DNA of 64,000 nucleotides from a virus (Duplodnaviria; Heunggongvirae; Uroviricota; Caudoviricetes): IMG/VR virus record IMGVR_UViG_3300023371_000080; one strand, 5' to 3'. Shown piece by piece: positions 1 to 7,644 of this stretch (position 1 is its first letter; each line of letters starts with the position of its first letter). The notes under the pieces were generated by a model. It saw only the letters and a program-made list of their open reading frames with translations, ran no database searches and was not told where the DNA came from. The position numbers and the translations under genes were made by a program.

Positions 1-171
1 CTTATGGCTGAGGCCGAACAAAATTATGTCAATGGCGCAGATAAGAAGGCCTATGTTATGTCTACCATTAAGGCGATGGAAGCGTCGCTACGGTATGACA
101 TTGACGAGAAGGCGATTGGTGAACTTATAGATGCTGTTGTGGCGGCTACAAAGAAAATTAACACTAAATAA
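1..171 (+). CDS. 3' end of an upstream plus-strand gene (C-terminal 56 aa, hypothetical)
   Basis: Frame-1 open from window edge to TAA at 169-171 (..KAMEASLRYDIDEKAIGELIDAVVAATKKINTK*); followed by hairpin+T-run. Confidence 0.35.
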   Translation, partial: LMAEAEQNYVNGADKKAYVMSTIKAMEASLRYDIDEKAIGELIDAVVAATKKINTK

Positions 172-178
172 AAATTTA

Positions 179-214
179 GGGGATACAGATTATTTTCTGT
201 ATCCCTATTTTTTT
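179..214 (+). terminator. rho-independent terminator
   Basis: GGGATACAG/CTGTATCCC 9-bp stem followed by TATTTTTTT. Confidence 0.5.
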
Positions 215-229
215 ACGTCTTTATTATCA

Positions 230-500
230 ATATATTCTTGTAATATCACCGTAATTAAATTGTTTGTACTTCTTCTTTCTTTAGACGCAAGTATGTCTAG
301 CCTAATTTTTAATGTGTCAGGAATACGTAGCGTAAAAGCACATATATCTTCTTTTGCCATTTATATCACCACCCTACTCTATTATAAAATAATAATAATA
401 TGGTGTCAAATTGGTATTATTTTTTAAAAGGTATTGCATCATTTTAACCAATGTGGTATCATAAAGACACCAAGCAATGGTAAACATTGCATAACAATGA
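230..500. promoter_or_regulatory. AT-rich non-coding region upstream of tubR with imperfect repeats (candidate tubC-like centromere / promoter)
   Basis: Repeated CCAAnnTGGTAw-like motifs (aaccaatgtggtatcat; accaagcaatggtaaac; caaattggtattat); ORF 131..427 is low-complexity and overlaps the terminator. Confidence 0.25.
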
Positions 501-506
501 AAAACA

Positions 507-767
507 ATGGGAGGAAATGATATGAATAGACTAGCTTTACTTATTTTGGCAACACTTCAACAGTCTAAAGCAACAGTAGTCGTATCGGCGATGAGTGTAT
601 ATGAAATTCAAAAATATGCGAATTTGCAGCAATCAATCACCACGTTACATAGGGCTATGAATTTTTTATTAGATGAACAATATATTAAACAGGGATTAAA
701 GGATTCAAAATCAAACACATTTTATTTAACGCCAACAGGCGAACAAATTATTAAGGAGATGTTATAA
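507..767 (+). CDS. tubR: small DNA-binding protein, TubR-like partition adaptor (by size and position immediately upstream of TubZ)
   Basis: 86-aa ORF, 1-nt gap to tubulin-like GTPase gene, SD before ATG; wHTH-like composition. Confidence 0.45.
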   Translation: MGGNDMNRLALLILATLQQSKATVVVSAMSVYEIQKYANLQQSITTLHRAMNFLLDEQYIKQGLKDSKSNTFYLTPTGEQIIKEML

Positions 768-768
768 T

Positions 769-1791
769 ATGAATGAACAATTTGGAATTATCGGACTTGG
801 GGCTGGAGGCAGTAATATTGCCAATCTATTCGAAGCTAAAAATTATACCACCATGTATATCAATACGAGTATTGAAGATTTAAACTGTATTAAAGGGGTT
901 CATAAGTTAGCGATTTCTGGGGCGGAAGGGGCTGCAAAGGATAGAAAAAGAGTTTTACAACTTGCAATGGAATCATTTGGAGATATTGTTCAAAAAATAG
1001 AAAGTGTAATCGCGCAAAAGTATGTGGTTGTTATCTTTAGTGCTGGGGGCGGTACAGGAAGTGGCTTATCTATTCCCATACTTAAATATTTAACTCAAAT
1101 AGGAAAAATTTGCATCCCAGTGATGATACTGCCTGACGGTCACTCTTCGGCTAAGGTAAACGAAAATGCTTATAATGCCTGTGCAGAGCTAATGTCCATT
1201 CAAGGATTAGGGGCAACATTCTTACTAGATAACTCCAGAGGCGACAAATTTGCCATTAATAACCGTTTTGCATGCGAGCTCGACTCTTTTATCAATTTAC
1301 AAAACTCAAGCGTACATGGCAACATAGACAAGGCTGAGCGTAAGCAAATGCTTTCTTGTCCAGGCGTTGCTGTTATTGGTAAAGTAAGTAAAGCGAAAAG
1401 TGTAGCGTCTGAACTTGTTGATAGTCTTTATAATGGAATACATGCCGAAATAACATCTAAAAATGCCTATTATTTAGGCGTAAGTACATCAAATAGATCT
1501 TTAGACATAGAAAGTATCACCTCTACTTTCTCAAGCGTTTACGATGTTTTTACAGGCACATCGGAGGCAACTTCAATAATCATAGCAACTGGCTTACAGT
1601 TTCCACAAAAGAAAATTATAGAATTTAGGAATAATTTTGAAAAAGTTGTTAAGACTATGAATGACACCAATGTTATGCAGACTTTCGAGCCGTTGGAACC
1701 ACTTAAGGGATTGTCATTCACACCGACTGCTATTCAACCTCAAGCACCAACGAGCCCGAGAGATATTCTCTTGGGGCTATTGAACAATTAG
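769..1791 (+). CDS. tubZ: TubZ, tubulin/FtsZ-superfamily GTPase (type III partition NTPase)
   Basis: N-terminal GIIGLGAGGSNI glycine loop and tubulin signature motif GGGTGSG; 340 aa. Confidence 0.75.
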   Translation: MNEQFGIIGLGAGGSNIANLFEAKNYTTMYINTSIEDLNCIKGVHKLAISGAEGAAKDRKRVLQLAMESFGDIVQKIESVIAQKYVVVIFSAGGGTGSGLSIPILKYLTQIGKICIPVMILPDGHSSAKVNENAYNACAELMSIQGLGATFLLDNSRGDKFAINNRFACELDSFINLQNSSVHGNIDKAERKQMLSCPGVAVIGKVSKAKSVASELVDSLYNGIHAEITSKNAYYLGVSTSNRSLDIESITSTFSSVYDVFTGTSEATSIIIATGLQFPQKKIIEFRNNFEKVVKTMNDTNVMQTFEPLEPLKGLSFTPTAIQPQAPTSPRDILLGLLNN

Positions 1792-1792
1792 G

Positions 1793-1821
1793 GCTACCGA
1801 AAGGTAGCCTTATTTTTTTTA
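1793..1821 (+). terminator. rho-independent terminator after tubZ
   Basis: GGCTACC-GAAA-GGTAGCC hairpin followed by TTATTTTTTTT. Confidence 0.5.
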
Positions 1822-1823
1822 CG

Positions 1824-1866
1824 ATTATAGCCAAAAGAAAAGCCCTATGCAGATGCATAGGACATT
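1824..1866 (-). terminator. terminator-like hairpin downstream of recombinase gene
   Basis: Palindrome GCCCTATGCA..TGCATAGGGC followed on minus strand by T-rich tract. Confidence 0.35.
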
Positions 1867-1869
1867 GTA

Positions 1870-3852
1870 TTAATATAGTTTTCTAGATGTGTTGTTAATA
1901 TCATTTTCAATCCATTTATTAATTTTCATTATATCTTCGAAAGTTATAGTTTCAATAATATCATTGTTATAACTCCACCATGTGGTGCTATTAGCAATAG
2001 TGTTATTTACGAAAGCATTAATAGCTTCTTTTTTAGAGCCGACTAAAACTCGATACCCCTTACGTAATCCTATATGCTCTATGATTTTCAATTCTTCAAA
2101 TTTATGAATTTGATCATAGAATTTTCTCGTACCTATTGCAAATCCTTTTTCAACAGAAATATATTCGAATGCTCTACTTCCTATAAATTTATCTTTGTGT
2201 TCAAACATATAATCTATAAGGGCTTCGAATAGTCTGTTTTCTGTTCCTTTTTTATGAATTATTTGTCTAGAGCATGATTTATAAAGATCGCCCTTTAAGA
2301 CAACATCAAGTCCCTGATCTTCATATACAACGATATGTTTTATAATTGTAGCTACTTGTTTTTTTGTTAATGTTTTAGTAGCAATGATATGGTCGAATAT
2401 ATTTCTTGCAGTTAGTAAATTGTCTTTAATATTTATTTCATCAATTGTATTATCCACTAAATCATTTAATTGTGTTTCAAGTGATTTAATTTCATTTAGT
2501 TTTTCTCTTTGCATCATATCATATGTATCATGAATCAGTTCCGCCATTGATGGATTTGCTATGGATTCTATCATTTTCTTTTCCATTATATATTTCAATG
2601 CAGCTTTCGCATCACTCAAGGACTTCTCTACACGAGTTATTGAACTTGTGTTGCTACCTCTTTTTTTATATTCTTCTCTTATGATGGCATCAAAATTGTC
2701 AATTGTTTTATCTAAATTTTCTCTGCAATGATCTAAAAATAAAATCAATGATTCTGTTATATTCTCTTCTAATATAGAATGACTTTTGCAGAATTTTATA
2801 CCTTTCTTATTGTAGGTATTACAAATAAATCTTGTTTTCCCGCTACTGGTAGTTGGTGTTAATTTTTTGCCGCAGTCTGCGCATATTAACATACCTGAAT
2901 ATGGACTATTTCTATCAACTTTCTTTCCACGATAAGCATTAATAGACCTATCCGCCATTATTTCTTGAACAATATTAAATGTTGTTTTGTCAATTATTGG
3001 TTCATGTGCATTTTTGAAGACTAAATGCTCTTCTTTATCTAATTTAACTTTCTTTCCCCTAATAGATCTGCGCCTAGTTTTGCCCAAAGTAAGCGTGCCT
3101 ATGTAAAATGTATTTTTTAATATATTTTGTATTGTATTATCATGCCATATATTACTAACTTTGCCACGATAAGGTTTTCCCATACTTTCGAGTCTTTGTT
3201 TGGTTAGCACGCTATATGTTGGGATTCCTTCTTCTGTCAATGCTAATGCAATCCTTCTTGTTCCCATTCCGTTTATATACATATCAAAAATTCTTCTAAC
3301 ATATATAGCCGCTACTTCATCAATATGATATTGTCCTTTTACTATAGGATCAATTACATATCCATATGGGACACATGAAATAAACTTGCCTTCTTTTTGC
3401 ATAGCACGAATAGAGTCTTTAACTTTTCTGCTTATTTCTTTTAGATAACGTTCTCCTAGCCATGAGTTTATATTCAGCATGTCGCTAGAATTTTCATCAT
3501 CGCTATCATAATTGTCTCCAATTGCAATTAATCTTTTGTCATCTTTTTGAAGATTTTCTACAAATGTTAGCATCTGGCCACTATTTCTTCCAAGTCTGCT
3601 TAAGTCTTTTACAATAATAGTATCAACTTTATCTGCATTTAGATCATCTTTTAATTCATTAAATGCTGGTCTCTTACTGAATGAGAAACCAGATTCTCCA
3701 TCGTCTATATAAAATTTTTCAATTTTGATATTATTTTTTTCTGCATACTCAAGTATTATTCTTCTTTGGTTTGATATAGACGTACTCTCATCATTTCCGT
3801 CCTCTCGTGATAACCTTAAATATGCTACTACTACTTTTGCTTTTTTGCTCAT
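1870..3852 (-). CDS. large serine recombinase (integrase/resolvase family)
   Basis: N-terminal resolvase domain VVAYLRLSREDG..S..NQ, recombinase domain and C-terminal Cys zinc-ribbon (CADCGKK..C); 660 aa. Confidence 0.85.
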   Translation of the reverse strand: MSKKAKVVVAYLRLSREDGNDESTSISNQRRIILEYAEKNNIKIEKFYIDDGESGFSFSKRPAFNELKDDLNADKVDTIIVKDLSRLGRNSGQMLTFVENLQKDDKRLIAIGDNYDSDDENSSDMLNINSWLGERYLKEISRKVKDSIRAMQKEGKFISCVPYGYVIDPIVKGQYHIDEVAAIYVRRIFDMYINGMGTRRIALALTEEGIPTYSVLTKQRLESMGKPYRGKVSNIWHDNTIQNILKNTFYIGTLTLGKTRRRSIRGKKVKLDKEEHLVFKNAHEPIIDKTTFNIVQEIMADRSINAYRGKKVDRNSPYSGMLICADCGKKLTPTTSSGKTRFICNTYNKKGIKFCKSHSILEENITESLILFLDHCRENLDKTIDNFDAIIREEYKKRGSNTSSITRVEKSLSDAKAALKYIMEKKMIESIANPSMAELIHDTYDMMQREKLNEIKSLETQLNDLVDNTIDEINIKDNLLTARNIFDHIIATKTLTKKQVATIIKHIVVYEDQGLDVVLKGDLYKSCSRQIIHKKGTENRLFEALIDYMFEHKDKFIGSRAFEYISVEKGFAIGTRKFYDQIHKFEELKIIEHIGLRKGYRVLVGSKKEAINAFVNNTIANSTTWWSYNNDIIETITFEDIMKINKWIENDINNTSRKLY

Positions 3853-3918
3853 TTCTATTACTCCTTTATCATTGTTACTTTATTTTATCATCATTGTAAC
3901 ATAAAAAAAGGAAAAGCA

Positions 3919-4092
3919 CTATGGGTTTGTTGCAGTTTTTATAAAATCATATAAGGTTTCTTTGAAATCGTAATTCCCACTTATTAATATATTTAATTTA
4001 TCATTATTATTTTTATATTGTTCTCTAATTTGTTTAATGTCCTCAGCAGTCGTTGTAGCTGGGACAGAAATCATTATTATTCCATCTTTCAT
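3919..4092 (-). CDS. small hypothetical protein (58 aa) between recombinase and hydrolase genes
   Basis: ATG at 4092 to TAG at 3919-3921 (MKDGIIMISVPATTTAEDIKQIREQYKNNNDK..); below ORF-track threshold. Confidence 0.25.
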   Translation of the reverse strand: MKDGIIMISVPATTTAEDIKQIREQYKNNNDKLNILISGNYDFKETLYDFIKTATNP

Positions 4093-4162
4093 TATTGTGC
4101 ATCCTTTTGTGTATATAATTTATGTATATTGGTTATAATATAAATGACTTCACACGTCAGAC

Positions 4163-4206
4163 ATAAAAAAATAGCAAAGTGGTTAACTGATTCGCCATTT
4201 TGCTAT
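4163..4206 (-). terminator. rho-independent terminator
   Basis: ATAGCAAA..TTTGCTAT stem, T7 run on minus strand downstream of 4225..4785. Confidence 0.4.
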
Positions 4207-4224
4207 TTTGTTTTATAAAAAATA

Positions 4225-4785
4225 TTAAAGTTGCTCTTTATCTTTAATAAAATATCCAAAGTAAGTGTTATCTATTTTGGCATACCTAGTATACCCTTCC
4301 CATATGTCCGAGAAGCAATGTTCTGTCCTAAAAAACATACAGTACTTAGGTAAAATTGAGCCAGATTTAAGGATATGATCAACTGCTACATAGTTTGTTT
4401 CTGTTGGTGTTGTCTTGTGTATTAACCCTGCTGGTGAAAACTGATATGGGGAATATATTACGCTTGCAATAGTTGAACCCCATCTACCATCAAGCCACCT
4501 ATTAACAACTACTGAGGCAACGGCCATTTGGCATTCAAGGTTTTCTGTGTTAGCCTCAAGATAAACTAATCTTGCTAACATTTCACGCTCTACTGAACTA
4601 ATATTGTATTTATATGTAGGTTCTTTTTCTACCTCAACAATCTTTTCTTTTACTACCTCGACTTCCTTGATAACTTCGACTGTCTCTATTTTCGGCGGTT
4701 GAGCATCTATAAATAGGATTAATAAAATGACTACTCCTATTAAACTTGCTATAACTTTTAAATATGTTTGTTTATCGTATTCCAT
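4225..4785 (-). CDS. membrane-anchored cell-wall hydrolase, SleB/CwlJ family (Hydrolase_2)
   Basis: N-terminal TM helix, (V/E/K)-rich repeat linker, then LARLVYLEANTENLECQMAVASVVVNRW..YQFS core typical of SleB-type hydrolases. Confidence 0.7.
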   Translation of the reverse strand: MEYDKQTYLKVIASLIGVVILLILFIDAQPPKIETVEVIKEVEVVKEKIVEVEKEPTYKYNISSVEREMLARLVYLEANTENLECQMAVASVVVNRWLDGRWGSTIASVIYSPYQFSPAGLIHKTTPTETNYVAVDHILKSGSILPKYCMFFRTEHCFSDIWEGYTRYAKIDNTYFGYFIKDKEQL

Positions 4786-4801
4786 TAATAATCACTCCTA
4801 T

Positions 4802-4834
4802 AAAAAAATAAGCGGCGAAAATTAATCCGCCGCT
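4802..4834 (-). terminator. rho-independent terminator
   Basis: AGCGGCG..CGCCGCT stem followed by TTATTTTTTT on minus strand. Confidence 0.45.
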
Positions 4835-4842
4835 ATTCAATT

Positions 4843-5454
4843 TTATTTCTTATCTTTTTCTAAATAACCGAAGTAGGTTCTGCCTATGACCTTGTATGGC
4901 TGATAGCCAGTCCACTTATGGTGGTAGTTGGCCCTAAAGTACAAAACATACTCGGGCAAAGTGCAACCATTCTTCAATACATAGTCAACGGCTTCGTATT
5001 GCGTTTCTGTTGGTGTTGTTGCTTTAATTTTGCTAGCTGGGCTAAATTGAGCTTTGGCATATATAACTTCCTTGATTGTATCGCCCCAATATCCATCCTG
5101 CCATCTATTGATAATAACCGAGACAATTGCCTTCTGACATTCTAGAGATTCGATGCCTCCCTCAAGATATACGAGGCGTGCAAGCATTTCGCGTTCTGCA
5201 GAGGTAACATTATAGGCATATGTAGATTCAATCTCTACAATTATCTCTTTTTCGACAACGACTTCTTTCTCAACAACAACTTCTTTTTCTACTTCGACTA
5301 TTACTTCTTTTTCAATCTCGATCTCTTTAATGACCTCGACCTCTTTGGTTACTTCTACTGGCACAAGCTTAATTTTTTCGGGCTTGGCCACTATTACAAT
5401 CAGTAGTATTAAAACAACTATAATTAATGCGACAATAGCTACATTCCGTTTCAT
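4843..5454 (-). CDS. membrane-anchored cell-wall hydrolase, SleB/CwlJ family (paralog of 4225..4785)
   Basis: TM helix, long VEVxKExE repeat linker (EVIKEIEIEKEVIVEVEKEVVVEKEVVVEKEIIVEIE), LARLVYLEGGIESLECQKAIVSVIINRW core. Confidence 0.7.
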   Translation of the reverse strand: MKRNVAIVALIIVVLILLIVIVAKPEKIKLVPVEVTKEVEVIKEIEIEKEVIVEVEKEVVVEKEVVVEKEIIVEIESTYAYNVTSAEREMLARLVYLEGGIESLECQKAIVSVIINRWQDGYWGDTIKEVIYAKAQFSPASKIKATTPTETQYEAVDYVLKNGCTLPEYVLYFRANYHHKWTGYQPYKVIGRTYFGYLEKDKK

Positions 5455-5502
5455 TTATTACTCCTTTAAATAAGCGACGAACTATTGCCGCTTTATGAAA
5501 TT

Positions 5503-6204
5503 TTAGTTTAGCTTTGTGTTGCTTTCAATCTCTGCGCTTGTTGTCTTTGTTGCAACTGCATCATACACATCAGAAAGATTAAATGCACTATCCAAGGTTA
5601 TGGTTCCAGAGATACCATTATCGCCCTTAACGCCTCTAAGAGAATTTGCTACACAGGACATCGTAGTATAAACATCACCGATTCCCTTGGAGGTATATGT
5701 GTATCCCGTAGCATAATCTTTTGCAATGCCAATACTCTCCGCTTCTTTTACTGCGTCCATATTGGCACCAAGGAACATAAATTTCCATCCGTGACCATTG
5801 GTCTGATGTTTGATCATCTTCTCAATCTGGTTCTTGGTAAATTTACGGCTGGAGTTTTCTTCCCCATCCGTAGTGATTACAAAAAGTACCTCTTCTGGCT
5901 TCTCTGCGCCAAGTTCATCATGTCTATCCTGTACACGGTTGATAATTTCGCCAATAGCATCAAGCATTGCCGTCCCGCCGCCCGCAACATAGTCTGAATT
6001 TGTCATAGATTTGACCTCACGAAGATCTACGCCATCGTGGAGAATTCTCCATGAAGTATCGAATAAAACAGTAGTTAATGTGGCCTTCCCGTCAACAGCC
6101 TTTTGACTTTCAATAAATCCGTTAAAGCCGCCAATCGTGTCGCCTGCCAAATGACCCATCGATCCAGACTTATCAATTACAAAAATAATTTCTGTATTTT
6201 TCAT
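5503..6204 (-). CDS. von Willebrand factor A (vWA) domain protein
   Basis: MIDAS motif IIFVIDKSGSM..TTDGEEN; start moved to internal ATG at 6204 with AGGAG RBS, abutting dut stop. Confidence 0.7.
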   Translation of the reverse strand: MKNTEIIFVIDKSGSMGHLAGDTIGGFNGFIESQKAVDGKATLTTVLFDTSWRILHDGVDLREVKSMTNSDYVAGGGTAMLDAIGEIINRVQDRHDELGAEKPEEVLFVITTDGEENSSRKFTKNQIEKMIKHQTNGHGWKFMFLGANMDAVKEAESIGIAKDYATGYTYTSKGIGDVYTTMSCVANSLRGVKGDNGISGTITLDSAFNLSDVYDAVATKTTSAEIESNTKLN

Positions 6205-6220
6205 TTTTATATTTCTCCTT

Positions 6221-6652
6221 TTAATTTGTTCCAGTAGATCCGAACCCACCAGAGCCTCGCTCCGTCTCATCTAACTTTTCAACTTCTTCAAACTCAAAAG
6301 AGTAGTATCTTTCAAGTGAAAGCTGAGCGATTCTTTCACCATCTTCAATGGTTTGTATTTCATTTGAATCGTTATGTAATGCCACCATATATTCACCCGT
6401 GTAGTCCTCGTCACAAATTCCAACACAATTTGCGGGTCTTAAACCTTTTTTGGTAGCAAGTCCACTTCTAGCATAAATCTTAAAACAATATCCCTCGGGC
6501 GGCTGAATAGATAAACCAGTAGGAATCAATCTAGTCTGCCCAGGAAGAATACTTGTTCCCTCGCATGCGTACAGATCATACCCTGCTGCCCTGTCACTAC
6601 CCTGGGTGGGGATGCGAGCATTGTCTCTAAGTTTTACAAGTCTTACTTTCAT
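6221..6652 (-). CDS. dut: dUTP pyrophosphatase
   Basis: dUTPase motifs AAGYDL, RSGLA, GVIDxDYTGE-like (GICDEDYTGE), C-terminal GSGGFGSTG. Confidence 0.85.
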   Translation of the reverse strand: MKVRLVKLRDNARIPTQGSDRAAGYDLYACEGTSILPGQTRLIPTGLSIQPPEGYCFKIYARSGLATKKGLRPANCVGICDEDYTGEYMVALHNDSNEIQTIEDGERIAQLSLERYYSFEFEEVEKLDETERGSGGFGSTGTN

Positions 6653-6655
6653 ATC

Positions 6656-6907
6656 TTACACCTCATTAAATACCCAGTTCCACAGCGTACTAGTACCATT
6701 GGGTGTCTTGAATGTGAAACTTCCGTAATCTTCGACATACTTGTTTCTCAGCTCCTCAAAATTCTCATATGCGTTGATTACTTCCTTGTAACGAGCATCC
6801 TTTTCGGCATTGAGTTTTTCAGCCTCGGCTTTCTTTCTTGCTTCGATCTCTTCTCCAAGAGCCTTATACTTTGCTTCAAGCTCTTCAATCGTAAGTTTCT
6901 TTTCCAT
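6656..6907 (-). CDS. hypothetical coiled-coil protein
   Basis: 83-aa ORF, K/E-rich heptad-like N-terminus; tightly packed in operon. Confidence 0.45.
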   Translation of the reverse strand: MEKKLTIEELEAKYKALGEEIEARKKAEAEKLNAEKDARYKEVINAYENFEELRNKYVEDYGSFTFKTPNGTSTLWNWVFNEV

Positions 6908-6938
6908 AATTAATCATCCTTTCAATCATTTTGTGTTG

Positions 6939-7151
6939 TTAATCTTCCACTTTGATAATCTTGTATTTGCCGCAGTGACATTCTGTTTCTTCACCTCTTG
7001 CGAGAGCTTCTCTGAATGCGAGACAAACACATTTTGTGGAATCGTCCCATACAAGAGCACAAGGGCAATATCCTCGCGTCTCTTGTAACTGCCTATTCAC
7101 TTCAGCAATCAGCGATTTGTCATCGCCAAGTACTATTTTATATTTAGCCAT
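6939..7151 (-). CDS. small Cys-rich protein resembling ferredoxin-thioredoxin reductase catalytic subunit (FTR-like)
   Basis: CPC..(12)..CVC..(15)..CHC arrangement (CPCALVWDDSTKCVCLAFREALARGEETECHC) as in FtrC-family; directly upstream of nrdG/nrdD. Confidence 0.4.
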   Translation of the reverse strand: MAKYKIVLGDDKSLIAEVNRQLQETRGYCPCALVWDDSTKCVCLAFREALARGEETECHCGKYKIIKVED

Positions 7152-7642
7152 TATGATATCCTTTCTGCATATTGGTTGTCACTTGCCAATTTAATTCCCA
7201 AGATTGGATCGTAATGTGATTCTTGATTAGGAATGAATCTTCCAAACTTAATGACTATATTTTTAGCATTTAACAAATATTTATATATCTCTCGGTTTTG
7301 AATTTCTTCTTTTGTATATCCAGTGTATATTACAACGTCATCCTGCGTGGACACTCTAAGATAAGTAATTAATATTTGTAAGTCTTCCTCTGAGTCAAAC
7401 GGCTCAAGCCCAGCCATAATTATTGCAGACGTAATTGGGTTGTTTATGTATCTGCAAACAATGGTCTTGACTCCAATTGTTCTGTCGGGTGCTTGTGCGA
7501 GTGCACCATTTTGACACACTCGCATTCCGCACTCTCTCTCACATTTCCAACTACAACGAGGAAATCCTATTACCATAGATGGCTTCTTGTAACTTGTAAA
7601 ATCTTCGTCACGAAGTTCCTTTATAGTAATATTTATAGCCAT
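7151..7642 (-). CDS. nrdG: anaerobic ribonucleotide reductase activating protein (radical SAM activase, NrdG-like)
   Basis: Cys cluster CSWKCERECGMRVC, AGLEP (GGE-like) and TGYTKEEI motifs resembling NrdG; adjacent to nrdD. Confidence 0.65.
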   Translation of the reverse strand: MAINITIKELRDEDFTSYKKPSMVIGFPRCSWKCERECGMRVCQNGALAQAPDRTIGVKTIVCRYINNPITSAIIMAGLEPFDSEEDLQILITYLRVSTQDDVVIYTGYTKEEIQNREIYKYLLNAKNIVIKFGRFIPNQESHYDPILGIKLASDNQYAERIS

Positions 7643-7644
7643 CT

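Noticed and set aside
131-427. 98-aa plus-strand ORF upstream of tubR
   Set aside because: It starts inside the terminator hairpin and is low-complexity and AT-rich. The region is more plausibly non-coding centromere/promoter DNA.
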